Below are positions 15,201 to 30,490 of a DNA stretch of 64,000 nt, one piece after another. The DNA comes from the human T2T-CHM13v2.0 reference genome, Homo sapiens. The stretch lies in assembly GCF_009914755.1 (NCBI RefSeq), contig NC_060926.1. The stretch is one strand, 5' to 3'. Positions within the stretch are counted from its first letter, which is position 1. Each line of letters begins with the position of its first letter. The notes beneath the pieces were generated by a model that did no database searches, was not told where the DNA came from, and saw nothing but the letters and a program-made list of their open reading frames with translations. Made by a program: the position numbers and the translations under genes.

Positions 15201-15866
15201 AGCAATGTTTAAGTGGCACCCAGGGCAAAATGGAGAGTGGAGTGTGTTATGAGGACTTCAGAACATGGCTTTGGCTGGGCAGACAGCATCATTTAGTGTT
15301 TCAGGCTAACATTTGTGACTCATTTCCCCTTCTCAATTAGGCAAACTCAAAGAAGCAGCTGTCACCAAGCAAACCTCAGAGCCATTCAAGCCTCTGTTTT
15401 CCTCGTTCCCAAACAACCTTAACTCTGGTTCTTTGTGTGATACTCACTTGCTAACCAGGGGAGAGGCATTCTAGAACCTGGGGCACTACTTGGAGAAAAG
15501 GTGTGGAGAAGGGACCACATGATGCTTATTTTTTTAACTCCTGACTGAAGCCTCTAACCCTGAACCTACAGCACAGGACTAAATGGATCTGTCATGAATG
15601 AAGGAATCTTGGCATCTCTTAAGGGATCAGAATCCCAGGGAGGCTGAGATACTTTCCCAACACCACACAATTGGTTATTGGCAGAGCCTGGATTTCTGGG
15701 TTTTAAACCATGCTCCCTCACCACTCCTAAGGGGACAATACCATGTAGCTATTCAGGTAAGAGTCATTTAGGCTCAGGACACATAAAAAGGAAAACCAAG
15801 ATCCAAGGAGTAGGGATTATTCTCAGAGCCCTAACATTATTCCTGTCCCATGCTCTAGATGCCTCT

Positions 15867-16229
15867 TGTATTAGTGTACATTTTTATACTGCTATGAAGA
15901 CATACCTAAGACAGGTAATTTATAAAGACAAAGAGGTTTAATTGACTCCCAGTTCCACATGGCTGGGGAGGCCTCACAATCATGGCAGAAGGCAAAGGAG
16001 GAGCAAAGGCATGTCTTACATGGTGGCAGGCAATAAAGCGTGTGCAGGGGAACTGCCCTTTATGAAACCATCAGATCTCGTGAGACTTATTCACTATCAA
16101 GAGAACAGCATGGGAAAAACCCACTCCTGTGATTCAATTACCTCCCACTGGGTGTCTTCCATCACGAGGGGACTACAGGAGTTACAATTCAAGATGAGAT
16201 TTGGGTAGGGACATGGCTAAATCATATCA
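15867..16229 (-). mobile_element. THE1 solo LTR
   Basis: tgtattag...aatcatatca termini; cagttccacatggctggggaggcctc. Confidence 0.9.
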
Positions 16230-16304
16230 CTTCTGGTTAATGTGTGCTTCCCTATGATGGACACTCCTAAGCCAGTGCCATCTTTGTGCTCAGCCCTTCT
16301 CCCA

Positions 16305-16305
<1 letters not shown>

Positions 16306-16352
<47 letters not shown>
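16306..16352. repeat. (CA)n microsatellite
   Basis: About 23 perfect CA units. Confidence 0.95.
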
Positions 16353-16354
<2 letters not shown>

Positions 16355-17088
16355 CAAAGGCCCTTGGGTCAGGGCTCCGGGCTTCTCCTGGGAGTTTTGG
16401 CAGAAACAGCACCAGACAAACAATGGAGGGCTGTGCATTCCCAAGGGCTCCTTCTAGGGCAGAGGTGGGAAAGGAGGAAGTGGCCACAGTAAGCGCCTTT
16501 TTCATGCTGCTGTGGCTCTTAGCTGAAAGCTTCTCTCCTAGTTTCCCAGAGGACGCCTCCTGCCCAGCCCCAAACAATGCTATCAGGTTCCTCTTAAATT
16601 GCCATCTGTTTCCCCCTTTTCCAGGACAATGCAGCCCAGTCTCAGCCTGTGAGCTGATACCCTGTGTTTTCACAGGTGCACACAAAGAAGGCATGTTTCC
16701 TCCTCACTCTTTGTTGTGGTCTTCTGCTGTGACTTTGTTTCCCGTGCCCTGGTCAGTTATAGTTCTCAGCTAAGGCAGAGAAGTCACGTGGAACATGCCG
16801 TGAGTCAGAGGGCTGGCTGTTCCCCCTGGTTCTGCTGCTCACCCAGCGAGGACCTGAGATTCCTAAATTCTCAGGTTTGGTTTCATCATTTGTTGAAGAC
16901 AACAAGTAGCAATGGTGATAAGTAACCTGACTTTCTCAACAGAGAGGACCAAAGGAGCTAAATACCCCAAGCTCCCAAGTGCTCTACTACTGTAGACATG
17001 GCAACATGAAAGATTTTACATTTCACATTGTTTTAACTCCTCAAATAAAATCCGGTAAGTGCCATAGGGAATAAAGTAGTGTACATCA

Positions 17089-17777
<689 letters not shown>

Positions 17778-17787
17778 AACTTTGGAG

Positions 17788-18553
17788 ATGTAGGAAAATG
17801 AAAAATGACTTCCCTCTACCCTTATAGGTTCTTTGGCTAGGCTATAAGTTAAATTGACATAAGACAGATTAACAGAAGAAAAACCATATTTAATTATGTA
17901 CGTGTACATGGAAGTCCCACAAAATATGAGGCTCAAAGAAGGGTATGAGACTTTCAGATAATTAAAGCTTCTATAGCATTGTGAGCTACAGAAAGGAACA
18001 GAAGCTTGCTGCATCTGGGTAGTGGTGAAGACACAAGTTATGGGAGGGTGAGAGGAGGAAATGTCTGGTGAATAAAGATTGTCTTGCTATGCCCTACGGT
18101 TAACAATAACTTATTGTATATTTCAAAATAGCTAGAAGAGAATATTTGGAATGTTCTCAATACAAAGAAATGATAAATGTTTGAGGTGATGGCTATCCCA
18201 ATTACCCTGATTTGATCATTACACATTTTATGCATGTATCAAAATATCATGTGTACCCCATAAATACATATAATTATTATGTATCCATTTTTCAAATAAA
18301 TTAATTAATTAAAAGTCTCCCAAGTGATAAAAGCTGTCTCCAAGCAGCCCTCTTCCTGATACAGATACTTTTACCTAGAGAGACTTCCTTAATAGATGTA
18401 AATTTCTTCCATAGGACAGCTTTTCTGAGCTACTCCTGTGTCTGCAGTTTCTCAGAATAACCAGCTCAAAATATGCCAAAGAAGTATATTTTGGGGTGGC
18501 ATATTCTGGTCTCCTAAGTCATATTTTGGAGTGATGTGTTCTCAGCCTCAACA
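17788..18553 (-). mobile_element. ERV1 LTR (MER31/MER67-like) interrupted by an L1MA 3' end (~18097-18312, + strand)
   Basis: aattgacataagacagattaacag and tattttggggtggcatattctg motifs; L1 ttaccctgatttgatcattacaca. Confidence 0.65.
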
Positions 18554-18778
18554 GAACTAGATCTGGCAACAGCTAATAAGGTTGAAGATTTACATAACCT
18601 GTACCTCAGCGCGTGCCCTCCCAGGTATAATCTCTGAAGAAATCCTCTGCAAATGCACAAAGGAAGACAGATTCAAGACTGTTTGTAGCTGCATTTATTG
18701 AAATACCAAAAAAAAAAAAAAAAAAAAAAAAAAACAAAGAGGCAGGGGTGAGGTGAGAGGACTCTCTAAAGGCATACT

Positions 18779-19105
18779 AGACAAGGCACAGTGGCTCACA
18801 TCTGTAATCCCAGCACTTTGGCAGGTCAGGGCAAGTGGCTCACTTGAGCCCAGGAGTTTGAGACCAGCCTGGACAACAAGGCAAAACCCTGCCTCTACAA
18901 AAAAAAATACAAAAAATTAGCCGGGTGTGGTGGTGCGTGCCTGTAGTCCCAGCTACCCGGGAGACTGAGGTGGGAGAATCACCTGAGCCCAGGCCCAGGA
19001 GGTCAAGGATACACTGAGTTATGATCATGCCACTGCACTCAAGCCTGGGCCACAGAGCGAGATTCTGTCTCAAAAAAAAAATTAAAATTAAAAAATTAAA
19101 AAATT
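18779..19105 (+). mobile_element. AluJ within old L1M fragments (~18560-19740)
   Basis: Alu dimer; flanking aacataatgttgagtgaaataagc L1M motif. Confidence 0.85.
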
Positions 19106-20399
19106 AATGTACCCCAGTAGAAGAATAGATCATCAATTATATTATATTCTTACAGTAACGTATTTATGTTAAGGAAAATAAATGCTCCCCATTTTAGTTC
19201 GAATGAAACTTGCAAACATAATGTTGAGTGAAATAAGCAAGTTGCAGAAAGTGCATACAGAATTATACCATTGATATAAAATTTGGAAATATGAAAAAAC
19301 TCTCCAATGATTATAGATATAAACCTCAGTAATCAAAGAATAGAGAAAATCCTGGGGATGAGAAACAGCAAATTCAAGTTGAGGGTTGCCTCAGGTGTGT
19401 GTAGGGGAATAAGATAAGTGCATTGATAATACTTCTTTATTAAGCTGGGTAGTAAGTACAGAAGTACTCATTGTATGATCTTTTAGACCTCTTTGTTATG
19501 CACACACCTCAAAAGATGGGTTCATCACAGTGTTGAAACAAAAGCACGTATAGGATATGATTCTTTTTCCTATAAGAACTATATATGTGCATATGTATAT
19601 GTGTGTATGATTGGTAAACATAGAAAAAAAGTCTGGAAGAATATCAGCCAAACTTGTATTCATAGTATATCAATAGTAAATACCTCTGGGAGATAAAATC
19701 ACAGGGTCCGAGAGCAGGTTCATTTCTTACTTCCTATATTTCTGCATTATTATCACAGATAAATTACACATCTAATAAACACCATGTATTAGATGTGTAA
19801 TTAAATAATAAATAATGCATGAACCAATTTGAATAACACATGAACTATAGCCTTCGAATCCCAGTTCTAATGTTTCTTAACAACTGCTGTGTAGTTCAGG
19901 AACTGGGCTAGATGCAGCAGATATCATGATTAACAAAAATTGATACAGCCCTGGCTCTCATGGTGCTTATATTCTGGTGGGAAAGTCAGATATTAATCAA
20001 ATACTTCGACAATCCTTAAAGTAACATGGCACCTGTAGCAAATGCTAGACAAGTTACACAGGATTTGACCTATTCATGGAGGTCAGAGACCATCTTAGCA
20101 GAAGAAGCTTAAGCTGTGATCTTTGAAGAGGAGCAGGAGTTAACTAGGAGAAGTGGGCCAAAATCGGCCTATGCAAATGCCCTGTGGCAGGTGGGAGCCT
20201 GGTGGAATGAAGGGCTGGTTTATGTAACTGACGGTAACATGTGCTAAGATAGGAATTTCTTCAAGAACAAGTTTGGCTAGGGTATTGGCAAGAAGGCTTT
20301 TGTTGGAGGAGCCTCTGGAAAAATGCCATGTGATTCAGAATGCTCCCAGTAACCCAGAGAAGCAGCAAATCCAGATAATTACTGGACAGACAATGAGAA

Positions 20400-20545
20400 T
20401 AGTTGCTAGTACTTATTGAACACTTAACTTTGTACCAGGTATTGTTTTAAACACTGATATATACTAATTAATTTAATCCTCACCACAACTTTATGAGGTA
20501 AGTACTATCATTATGCCCATTTTACAGATGAGAAAACTGAGAAAC
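20400..20545 (-). mobile_element. MIR
   Basis: cccattttacagatgagaaaactgag. Confidence 0.75.
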
Positions 20546-22329
20546 AAGTGGAAAACGGGAGAATAGAAGTTTTCATCATATGACATCTAGCTATGTAATG
20601 GCAAAAGAATCTCTAATTATTGTAGTAGAAAAAAGAATGAATATATATTAAAAAATATATCCTTTTTTTAAATTTTACCAAAAAAAATGGGATTCACTGA
20701 ACCGGGAAAAATAGCTGTGTGCTCCTGGAGGGCTAAGATCATATCTATACAACCAACCATTGGCACAATGCCTGGCACCTAGTGGGCACTTCACAAATGT
20801 GTGCAGCCGTAAGGTGGGAGCTGAATATATATGGTGAATTTTCTACTTGATGCATTACATGACCTCTAGTCCCCTGATAGAAAAATGTTAGCTCTTTGTC
20901 CACAGTTTGAGTCGTAAGTCAACCATCATTAATCAGCAACAGCAATCCTCCCTCATGAGAAGTTTAAGAAATGATCCCTCCTGAAACAAACAAAACAAAA
21001 TAACAAAAACAAAAATCCTTCCAAGGGTTTGCAAGAGAAATTACAAATGTTGTTATAAATGTTCACTTTGCTTTTAGACAAGTGCCTTTCCAAATTAAGG
21101 ACTTGCATTTATGAAGCGACACATCTATAAATTGGTAAGGATGACGCCAACTGACTTCAAACCATAGACAATTTTTAAACTCTTAAGGTGCACCTTTAAA
21201 AATAAGCTAGAAAGGGGCTAATACCACACCTCACTATTTGCCAAAGATGATGCTCCGTCAAAAAGTCTGGCTTTAATTACCACGTAGATTACAAATAGAG
21301 ATGGACCGTCTCATGGAAAGAAACAAGGCTTCTTATGCCAACCTGTAAATCATTAAAGCCTGTTCCACATAAAGCTGACTAGTCAATCCAACCGAAACTA
21401 GCGTGCCTGGACGGGTCGGTTGGCCCTGCAGAGCCCGGCGCTTTGCTGTGCTCCGTCAGCTGTTCTTCTACTCCTAATGGGCCTCCATTCCCACTTTATA
21501 TTTATATCCCAGCTGCTTGAAAAGGCCACGGCTGTGCCGACCAGACAGCGAAAATAGAAGAGGAGGAAATAACCATTCACATTAATAACCAATCCATTTT
21601 TAAAGCCTGAAACAGGAATTTTGGTCTATTCAGCTTCATTACAGAATTTTTATAAGACACAAACTGAGACTGTGGTTTCTATGGCTGCCTGGTACAAATA
21701 TCTTGTGGCTGAGTTTTCCTCCAAATATGAATCATTTTGAAAAGCTTTCTAAAGTTATCTGTGGTATCTATTTTGTGGGATAATACATGAGAAAAATGGG
21801 GGCAGCTCTTGAATTACACACAGTCTAAATATAAACAATAATATTGCTCAAATACACAACTTTAAAAGCTGAGTTTGAACAGTGGGAAGAGAACTGGTCT
21901 GGGTGGGAAGAGGACCCGAGCTGGAATCCTCGCTGTGTTATGCACAAGGCCAAGTGGCTTTGCTCATTCCCAAAACAGGCCAGCCAGCTCGTGGCGATTA
22001 GTGAGATAATGAGCTTGCATGTCCCTGGCACAGGATCTGTGCCCGACAATGCTTTCCTTTCTTTAGCGTAGGCAATGTGTGTACTGAATTTCAGTGATTT
22101 CATTTGGTACTACTGTATGTGCTTGCTCCATATTTTTAATCCAACCAGTTCTGAGCGACTTTATGAGAACACACATTTTAACATAAATGCATTTGGATTT
22201 ATTGTTCTTAAGTAGAAAGCTGAGTAGTTTCTATATAAGGGAAATCTAAAGCCTATAGGATAGAAATTATCTGTTCAGCAAAGTCTTACTTGAAGATTAA
22301 GAACAGGGACTTTTTTGCGGGGGGATGGG

Positions 22330-22613
22330 AGGGATGGAGTCTCCCTCTGTCACCCAGGCTGGAGTTCAGTGGCATGATCTCAGCTCACTACAACCTCTGC
22401 CTCCTGGGTTCAAGTGATTCTCCTGCCTCAGCTTCCCCAGCAGCTGGGATTACTGGTGTACACCACCATGCCCGGCTAATGTTTGTATTTTTGGTAGAGA
22501 TGGGGTTTCACTGTGTTGGTTAGGCTGGTCTCAAACTCCTGACCTCAGGTGATTCACCCACCTCAGCCTCCCAAAGTGCTGGGAATACAGGTGTGACCTA
22601 CCTCACCTGGCCA
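22330..22613 (-). mobile_element. AluSx
   Basis: Antisense dimer; TSD aagaacagg. Confidence 0.9.
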
Positions 22614-22808
22614 AGAACAGGCAGGGACTTCTTGACTCCTGGCTCCTTAACCATTACAGAGGCTCCCTACACACGGAAAGGCAAGAGCCTGTCAGAAGAG
22701 GCTACAAATGGGAGGAGGGAAGAGACAAAATGAAAAAATTGTGGTTGCTATTAATGTCTTAAGTCATCAAGCTCAACAGCTATATGGGACCTTAGAAGTC
22801 TAGTCCAG

Positions 22809-23156
<348 letters not shown>

Positions 23157-23377
23157 CTAGTCCAATTTCCTGACCTTTTAGATTGAGAGTATAAGACTAA
23201 AGAAAATAGATTGCCTCAGCTCACCCAAGTTTAATATGGTTTTAACTGCAACTAGAAAGCAGTCTAATGGAAGCACTTTAGTCTACAGATGTAAAAATAT
23301 AATAATAATACTTAACCCATACTAGTTAACCAGTGGGTATAATTTTCTAAATATTTCATGTAGGAGTCATATATATA

Positions 23378-23529
23378 GTGAGAAAGACAGGGTCCCGCTC
23401 TGTTGCCCAGGCTGAGTGCATTTGTGCAATCATAACTCACTGCAGCTTTGATTTCTTGGACTCAAGCAATCCTTCCACCTCTGCCTCCCAAGTAGCTAGG
23501 ACTACAGGCAGGTGCTATCATGCTCAGCT

Positions 23530-23564
<35 letters not shown>

Positions 23565-23690
23565 TTTTTGTAGAAATAGGGTTTTGCTTTTTTGCCCAGA
23601 TGGGTCTCAAACTGCTGAACTCTGGCTATCCTCCCACCTCAGCCTCCCAAATTGCTGGGATTACAGGCATGAGCCACCACACCTGGCCAC
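23378..23690 (-). mobile_element. AluJ
   Basis: Antisense dimer with long T linker. Confidence 0.88.
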
Positions 23691-24077
23691 ATTTTTTAAA
23701 CAGCAATTTTCTTTCATTATGAATGAAGAACCCTTGCCCCACATTCCCAGTGCATGCCCCCTGGAAAATTTAAAGTTATTGGAGAGAATACTAGTACTAA
23801 TTTGCCATTCTGTCATGGGGACTTTCTTTTCCATATGAGAATAGGGTAGAGAAGCAGACCAGATATAACCCACTGAAAGGTAAATTCAGGAAACATCTTC
23901 CCACTTACTATACTCTTCTTACCAGGTAGATAACTTATAGAGCTGGGAGGGAATTGCATACCTAAAAGCAACCAAGGTGTAAAGCTTGCTGGCTGTCTGA
24001 AAAGTGAACTGAGAATGAAGAACAGGTAGAAGGAAATCACAGTAGGCATTCAAAGGAACTGGGCACCGAATCAGTGA

Positions 24078-24531
<454 letters not shown>

Positions 24532-24679
24532 TAGGTTTAAGTGATCAATTATGTAATAACGATACCAACTTTTATTGAGATGGCAAGACTAGTGTGCCCA
24601 TTGTTGCCTTCATGCTTAACAATTAATAAAATAAGGCTAAGTGTTACAGAATAGCTAGCCAGATTTCCTTGTTAAGTCA

Positions 24680-24990
24680 ATGATGTGGAGACAGAGGGAA
24701 GGGCCTAGTCTAGGTTAAAAGAGACTTAAGAGTTATAATAACCAAACACAATATGTGGACCTTGACTGGATCTTGTTCAAATAAGCCAACTGTAAATGAC
24801 ATTTAGGAACAACTGGAGAAACTTGAAAAAAAAATGAGTATTAAATTCTACTGAGGAATTACTACTAATTTTGTTAGATGTGATAATGGTATTGTAGGTG
24901 GGTAGGAAAATGTTCTTACATTTTAGTGATGCATAGTCAGTACTTAGGAGAGAAATACCATGATATCTATGATAACTTTAAGAAAAATAG
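24680..24990 (+). mobile_element. Old L1M 3' fragment
   Basis: aaaagagacttaagag...gaccttgactggatc...gatgtgataatggtattgt. Confidence 0.6.
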
Positions 24991-25273
24991 TAGATTAAAT
25001 AAATTAGCTAATTAAAGTCTACTATGCTCATTGGCCATCCAAAGCAAACAGACCTTGAGATTTCATTAAGGAAAAGAGCAGCCATTATTTGACATCCCTT
25101 GAATTGGTTTACCATGTCCATTTACTCTTATAGTAAATGGTAAAACTCTCCAGTACCATGGAAGCTATATTTCTTAAAAGAAATGAAACACTTTACATTT
25201 GAGTATTAGGATCATTTGAAAGTAGAGATCATTTGAAATTTCATAAATGTATATTTTTATAGCTTTGTTTTTA

Positions 25274-25618
<345 letters not shown>

Positions 25619-26954
25619 TCACCAATGACACTTGGTTTTGGCTGTGTGTGTGTGTGTGATGGTTTCAAGCAATAAAGCAGTAATAGTAAACATGATGGGA
25701 GAAAGCATGGAGGAAAAAAAGCCACAGTTAGGTTCTCCCAGTAAATTAGACAATATACTTTTCAAAGCGTTAAAGACATGACCAGCAAATCCTTTCTTAG
25801 CTTCCTTTTCTCCACTTATAGGTTATGCCAGCTATGGATTCTCCTCTGGGTGGGCTAGAAGGTGGAGAGACAGTCAGATGTGGTTTTGAAAGGGCAGGCA
25901 TCATTGTTCCTGATCTCATCAATGAACATTTTCTGACTGCTTGCAATGATGCAGTGAGAGCCATGGCCAAAGCAAACCACTGACTGTTGGACAAGAGGCG
26001 GCTTTGCAACTGCCACCCCCAGGGCTTCCCGCAGGCACTCAACACCTTGCAGGTCCTCTCTCTGTGAGCACAGACTATGTCCTCTTTGTGTTAACCTGAA
26101 GTATTAGCTTTGACAGCTGATACCTGGCATTTGCAAGGTAAAGCCAGTGTTAATTAATGAGGCATATTTTCAACTCTCTGTTAACTAAAAAGAAAGTCAT
26201 CATATTCAAAAATGGTCATGATGACAACTCATCGCCAGGAGGAGAGCCATGGGGAAGGTAAGTTTGGGCTGCACCATTTTCTCCCTTGACCCTGCTCCTC
26301 TCATGACAAACAGCCTCAAGTTTTGAGAAAGCTGGTGAAGGTTGGGAGAATTATCCACTTGGTATGGATGGAATTGTTTTTCTGGGCTTCAGGGAATGGT
26401 GCCTTCATTAGCACCACATTCTTGTCAAAAGAGCTAACTAACACCGCTGCTCTCCACTCTACCATCTATATTAATTTTATTTCTGATTTTACAGAGAGAT
26501 ACTCAGAAAATGTCTTGAAAAGATTTCTGTAAATAGCCTAATCATAATATCAACAAACATGCTTTTAAAAAAAATCTTAGAAACAATAGTCCATTCGCCT
26601 AGTAATTAGTTAACACCCAAGCATGCCTTCAAAGGAAAGCATGACACAAGCACTGTGAGATTCCTATCTCTGTGATCAATGCAGGCTCCTGAACAACAGG
26701 AAATACAGTGTTAAAGGAATTTATCTCTACTGGAACTGCAGCTTTGAAGATAGGAATATTTATGCCAGGCTTTATTGTTCTGAAGTTACTGATTTGTCCC
26801 CAGTCACCACATAGGCTCTTAAGAGGTCTAAGAAGAAACTTCCAACCTACAGGGATATATTGGATTCCATGATCTGCAGAATATATAATTCTACACTAAA
26901 GTTTTCTGTCTATAAACACACACACACACATACAAACACACACATGACATTGGT

Positions 26955-27273
26955 GTTTGTCTGTTTGTTTGCTTGCTTGCTTGTTTTTTTTGAGATAGGG
27001 TCTCACTCTGTCACCCAGGCTGGAGTACAGTGGCGCAATCATGGCTTACTGCAGCCTTGACCTCTCAGGCTCAAGTGATCCTCCCATCTCAGCCTCCCGA
27101 GAAATGGGACCTCAAGTCCACCACCACACCGGCTAAATTTTTAAAAAATCTTTTGTAGAGACGGGGTCCCACAGTGTTACCCAGGCTGGTCTGGAACTCC
27201 TGGGCTCAAGTGCTTTTCCCACCTCGGCTTCCCAAAGTGCTAAGATTAGAGGCATGAGCCACCACGCTTGGCT
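26955..27273 (-). mobile_element. AluJ (preceded by imperfect (CA)n 26916-26944)
   Basis: Antisense dimer. Confidence 0.88.
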
Positions 27274-27534
27274 CTGACATTGTTTACCTTGTTATTAATG
27301 CACTGTATTTCACCACAATCAAACCTGTGAAAAATTTCTTCCTGTGTTCAGTCAACATAATTTTGAAATTAAATACTTTAAGACACAGATGAAAGAGCCA
27401 AAAATACTTATTTGACTCATAGTAGTTATCATCTACCTCATTAAAAATAAAAATGACTACTTTTCCAGAAAACCTATCAGCCTATTGTAATTTCAGTTGT
27501 TCATTTGCTTTCAGGTTGAAAAATATATATCTTA

Positions 27535-27873
<339 letters not shown>

Positions 27874-28374
27874 TAAATGTCAGTGATATCTTCCATAGAT
27901 GCTTACCCAGTGGCCTAAATCTGACCAGATATGCAGCCATGAATGTGGAATTCACTAAGCTTGAAATCCTGTTTTCAGGCTCAACACACTAGATTTTCTA
28001 GGTCTTGACACTGTTTCCTTTCATCTCTTTTAATCATGCCCTAAATTCCTCCAGCACCATGGGACCAGCCAAAATACAGGTATCTATCCAAAAATTTTAA
28101 CTTTGCACTGATGCAAAGGAATGCTCTGGAAATTTAAGTTAACCCACTGCCTCCACTTTTCTCTCCAACTTGAAGCTTGGGAAACCAGAACCAAATACTA
28201 ACATTTCTCTCCAGAAAAAATAAGGAAGTAAAGGTGCAGGAAGCTTAGGATAATATTGTCACATTGAGAATCTGTAAAAGTAGGAAAAAAATGCCTAAAT
28301 TTCATATAGGATAATAATAAGTTAGAATGTAGCCATACACTAGGAGAATAGTGAAATAAATTGTGGAATTATCT

Positions 28375-28680
<306 letters not shown>

Positions 28681-28768
28681 AACATTATCATTTTAGAAGC
28701 TGCTTTCTAATACTACCGACTGATGTAAAACTGCTTATGTTAATGTTAAATTTTAAAAGTAAGGATAT

Positions 28769-29064
28769 AGGCCAGGTGCAGTGGCTCACGCCTATAATCC
28801 CAGCACTTTGGGAGGCCGAGGCAGGTGGATCACGAGGTCAGGAGATCGAAACCATGTTGGCTAACATGGTGAAACCCCGTCTCTACTAAAAGTACAAAAA
28901 ATTAGCCTGGCGCGGGGGCAGACGCTTGTAATCCCAGCTACGGGAGGCTGAGGCAGGAGAATGGCATGAACCCGGGAGGTGGAGCTTGCAGTGAGCCGAG
29001 ATCGCACCACTTGCACTCCAGCCTGGGCGACAGAGCTAGACTCTGTCTCAAAAAGAAAAAAAAT
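28769..29064 (+). mobile_element. AluY
   Basis: ggatcacgaggtcaggagatcg, gaatggcatgaacccggg, ggagcttgcag; TSD aaaagtaaggatata. Confidence 0.9.
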
Positions 29065-29286
29065 AAAAGTAAGGATATAATATTTCATGCATAGCATATT
29101 TCTAATTTTGGTAAAGAAATCTTTATAGGAAGAACAGTTAGGAAAAAAATGTGACTCTCTGAATTACGGAATAACTATGATGTTTTTCATTTTTATCTTT
29201 TTGTATTTTCCAAATTACCGTGAAATGTACATTTAGAACTTTTATAAAAATAAAACAATAAATTTTTTAAAAAATAAAATTGTCAA

Positions 29287-29430
29287 AGCTGGGCATGGTA
29301 GTATGCACCTGTAGTTCCAGCTACTCAGGCAGCTGAGGCAGGAGGATCGCTTGAGCCTAGGAGTTCAAATCCAGCCTGAGCAAAAAGTGAGACCCCATCT
29401 CTACAAAAAATTTAAAAATAAAAAATTAAA
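29287..29430 (+). mobile_element. FLAM monomer
   Basis: Single Alu-like arm with A-rich tail. Confidence 0.75.
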
Positions 29431-29663
29431 GTAGCCTAAGTGCAGTACCTCCCTCCTTTATCCTGCATAAAAATGTCAGGTAAAATGAGTCCAAATGAAT
29501 TCAAAGTTCATTGGTGAAAACAAAGTGTTTAGATTTTGCAGTAGTTCGTGAATTTATTTTATAATAGATTGCAAAATTTCAAAGCAAATAAAACATAAAA
29601 TAGAACTGTACATATCCATGATATACATTTACATTTCAAAGGCAGAATCTTAACTGTACATGT

Positions 29664-29664
<1 letters not shown>

Positions 29665-29697
<33 letters not shown>
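29665..29697. repeat. (CA)n microsatellite
   Basis: About 16 CA units. Confidence 0.95.
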
Positions 29698-29698
<1 letters not shown>

Positions 29699-29829
29699 AG
29701 CAACATTTTACCAAACACAATACCCTGCGTTAATTTGGATTTTAGCAAGCTCTTGCATGCAACTTTTTGAAAGCTCCCTTCAAAACTGATATCCCCATTT
29801 TCTGGGACCCTAAAGCATATTTATTTTTC

Positions 29830-30459
29830 TTTCTTTCTTTTTATCAATAATTATGTATTGAACACTGATTATAGGCCAAGCACTATACTAGTGAACAGGG
29901 ATACATTAACAAATAAAGCAGATATGATCTCTGCGTTTTCTCTTGCTCTCACTAGAATATAAGCATCAATGAATACTACTAAGCTAGTACTCATTACAAC
30001 TCACAACAGCTCTGTTAAGGAAAAGAACCTAGTGGGGCTCTGGTATACATGAGATGTCAGTAAAGACTTCTCTGAAAGATGAGGAAGAACCAGCCATAGG
30101 AATAGCATTCTAGGCAGCTGGGGCAGCATACACAAATGTCCTGGGACAGAAAGGCATTTGCTGTGTTTTGGGAACTGCTAGGAATACAGTGTAGCTGAGG
30201 CAGGGTAACTGGTAGGAGAATGATATGGTTGGGTGGGGTTACAAAGGAGGTTGGCAGGAGTCACAGCAGGGAATGGCTTCTGCAGGCTGTGGTAAAGGGT
30301 TGGATTTGCTGCAGCAGAAGCCAATGGATGATTGCAAGTGTTTAAAAAACATTTTGTTTTTAACTAAATATAGATTCATAGGAAGTTGCCAAGTTAGTAC
30401 ACAGATTTCTGTGTACCCTTCATCCAGCTTCCCCCAGTGGTGTCATCTTACATGTGTAT

Positions 30460-30490
<31 letters not shown>

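Noticed and set aside
26555-26646. Three p53-like half-sites (aaacatgctt, aagcatgcct, aagcatgaca)
   Set aside because: Not adjacent (closest spacer 8 nt, with an imperfect partner); weak without binding data.
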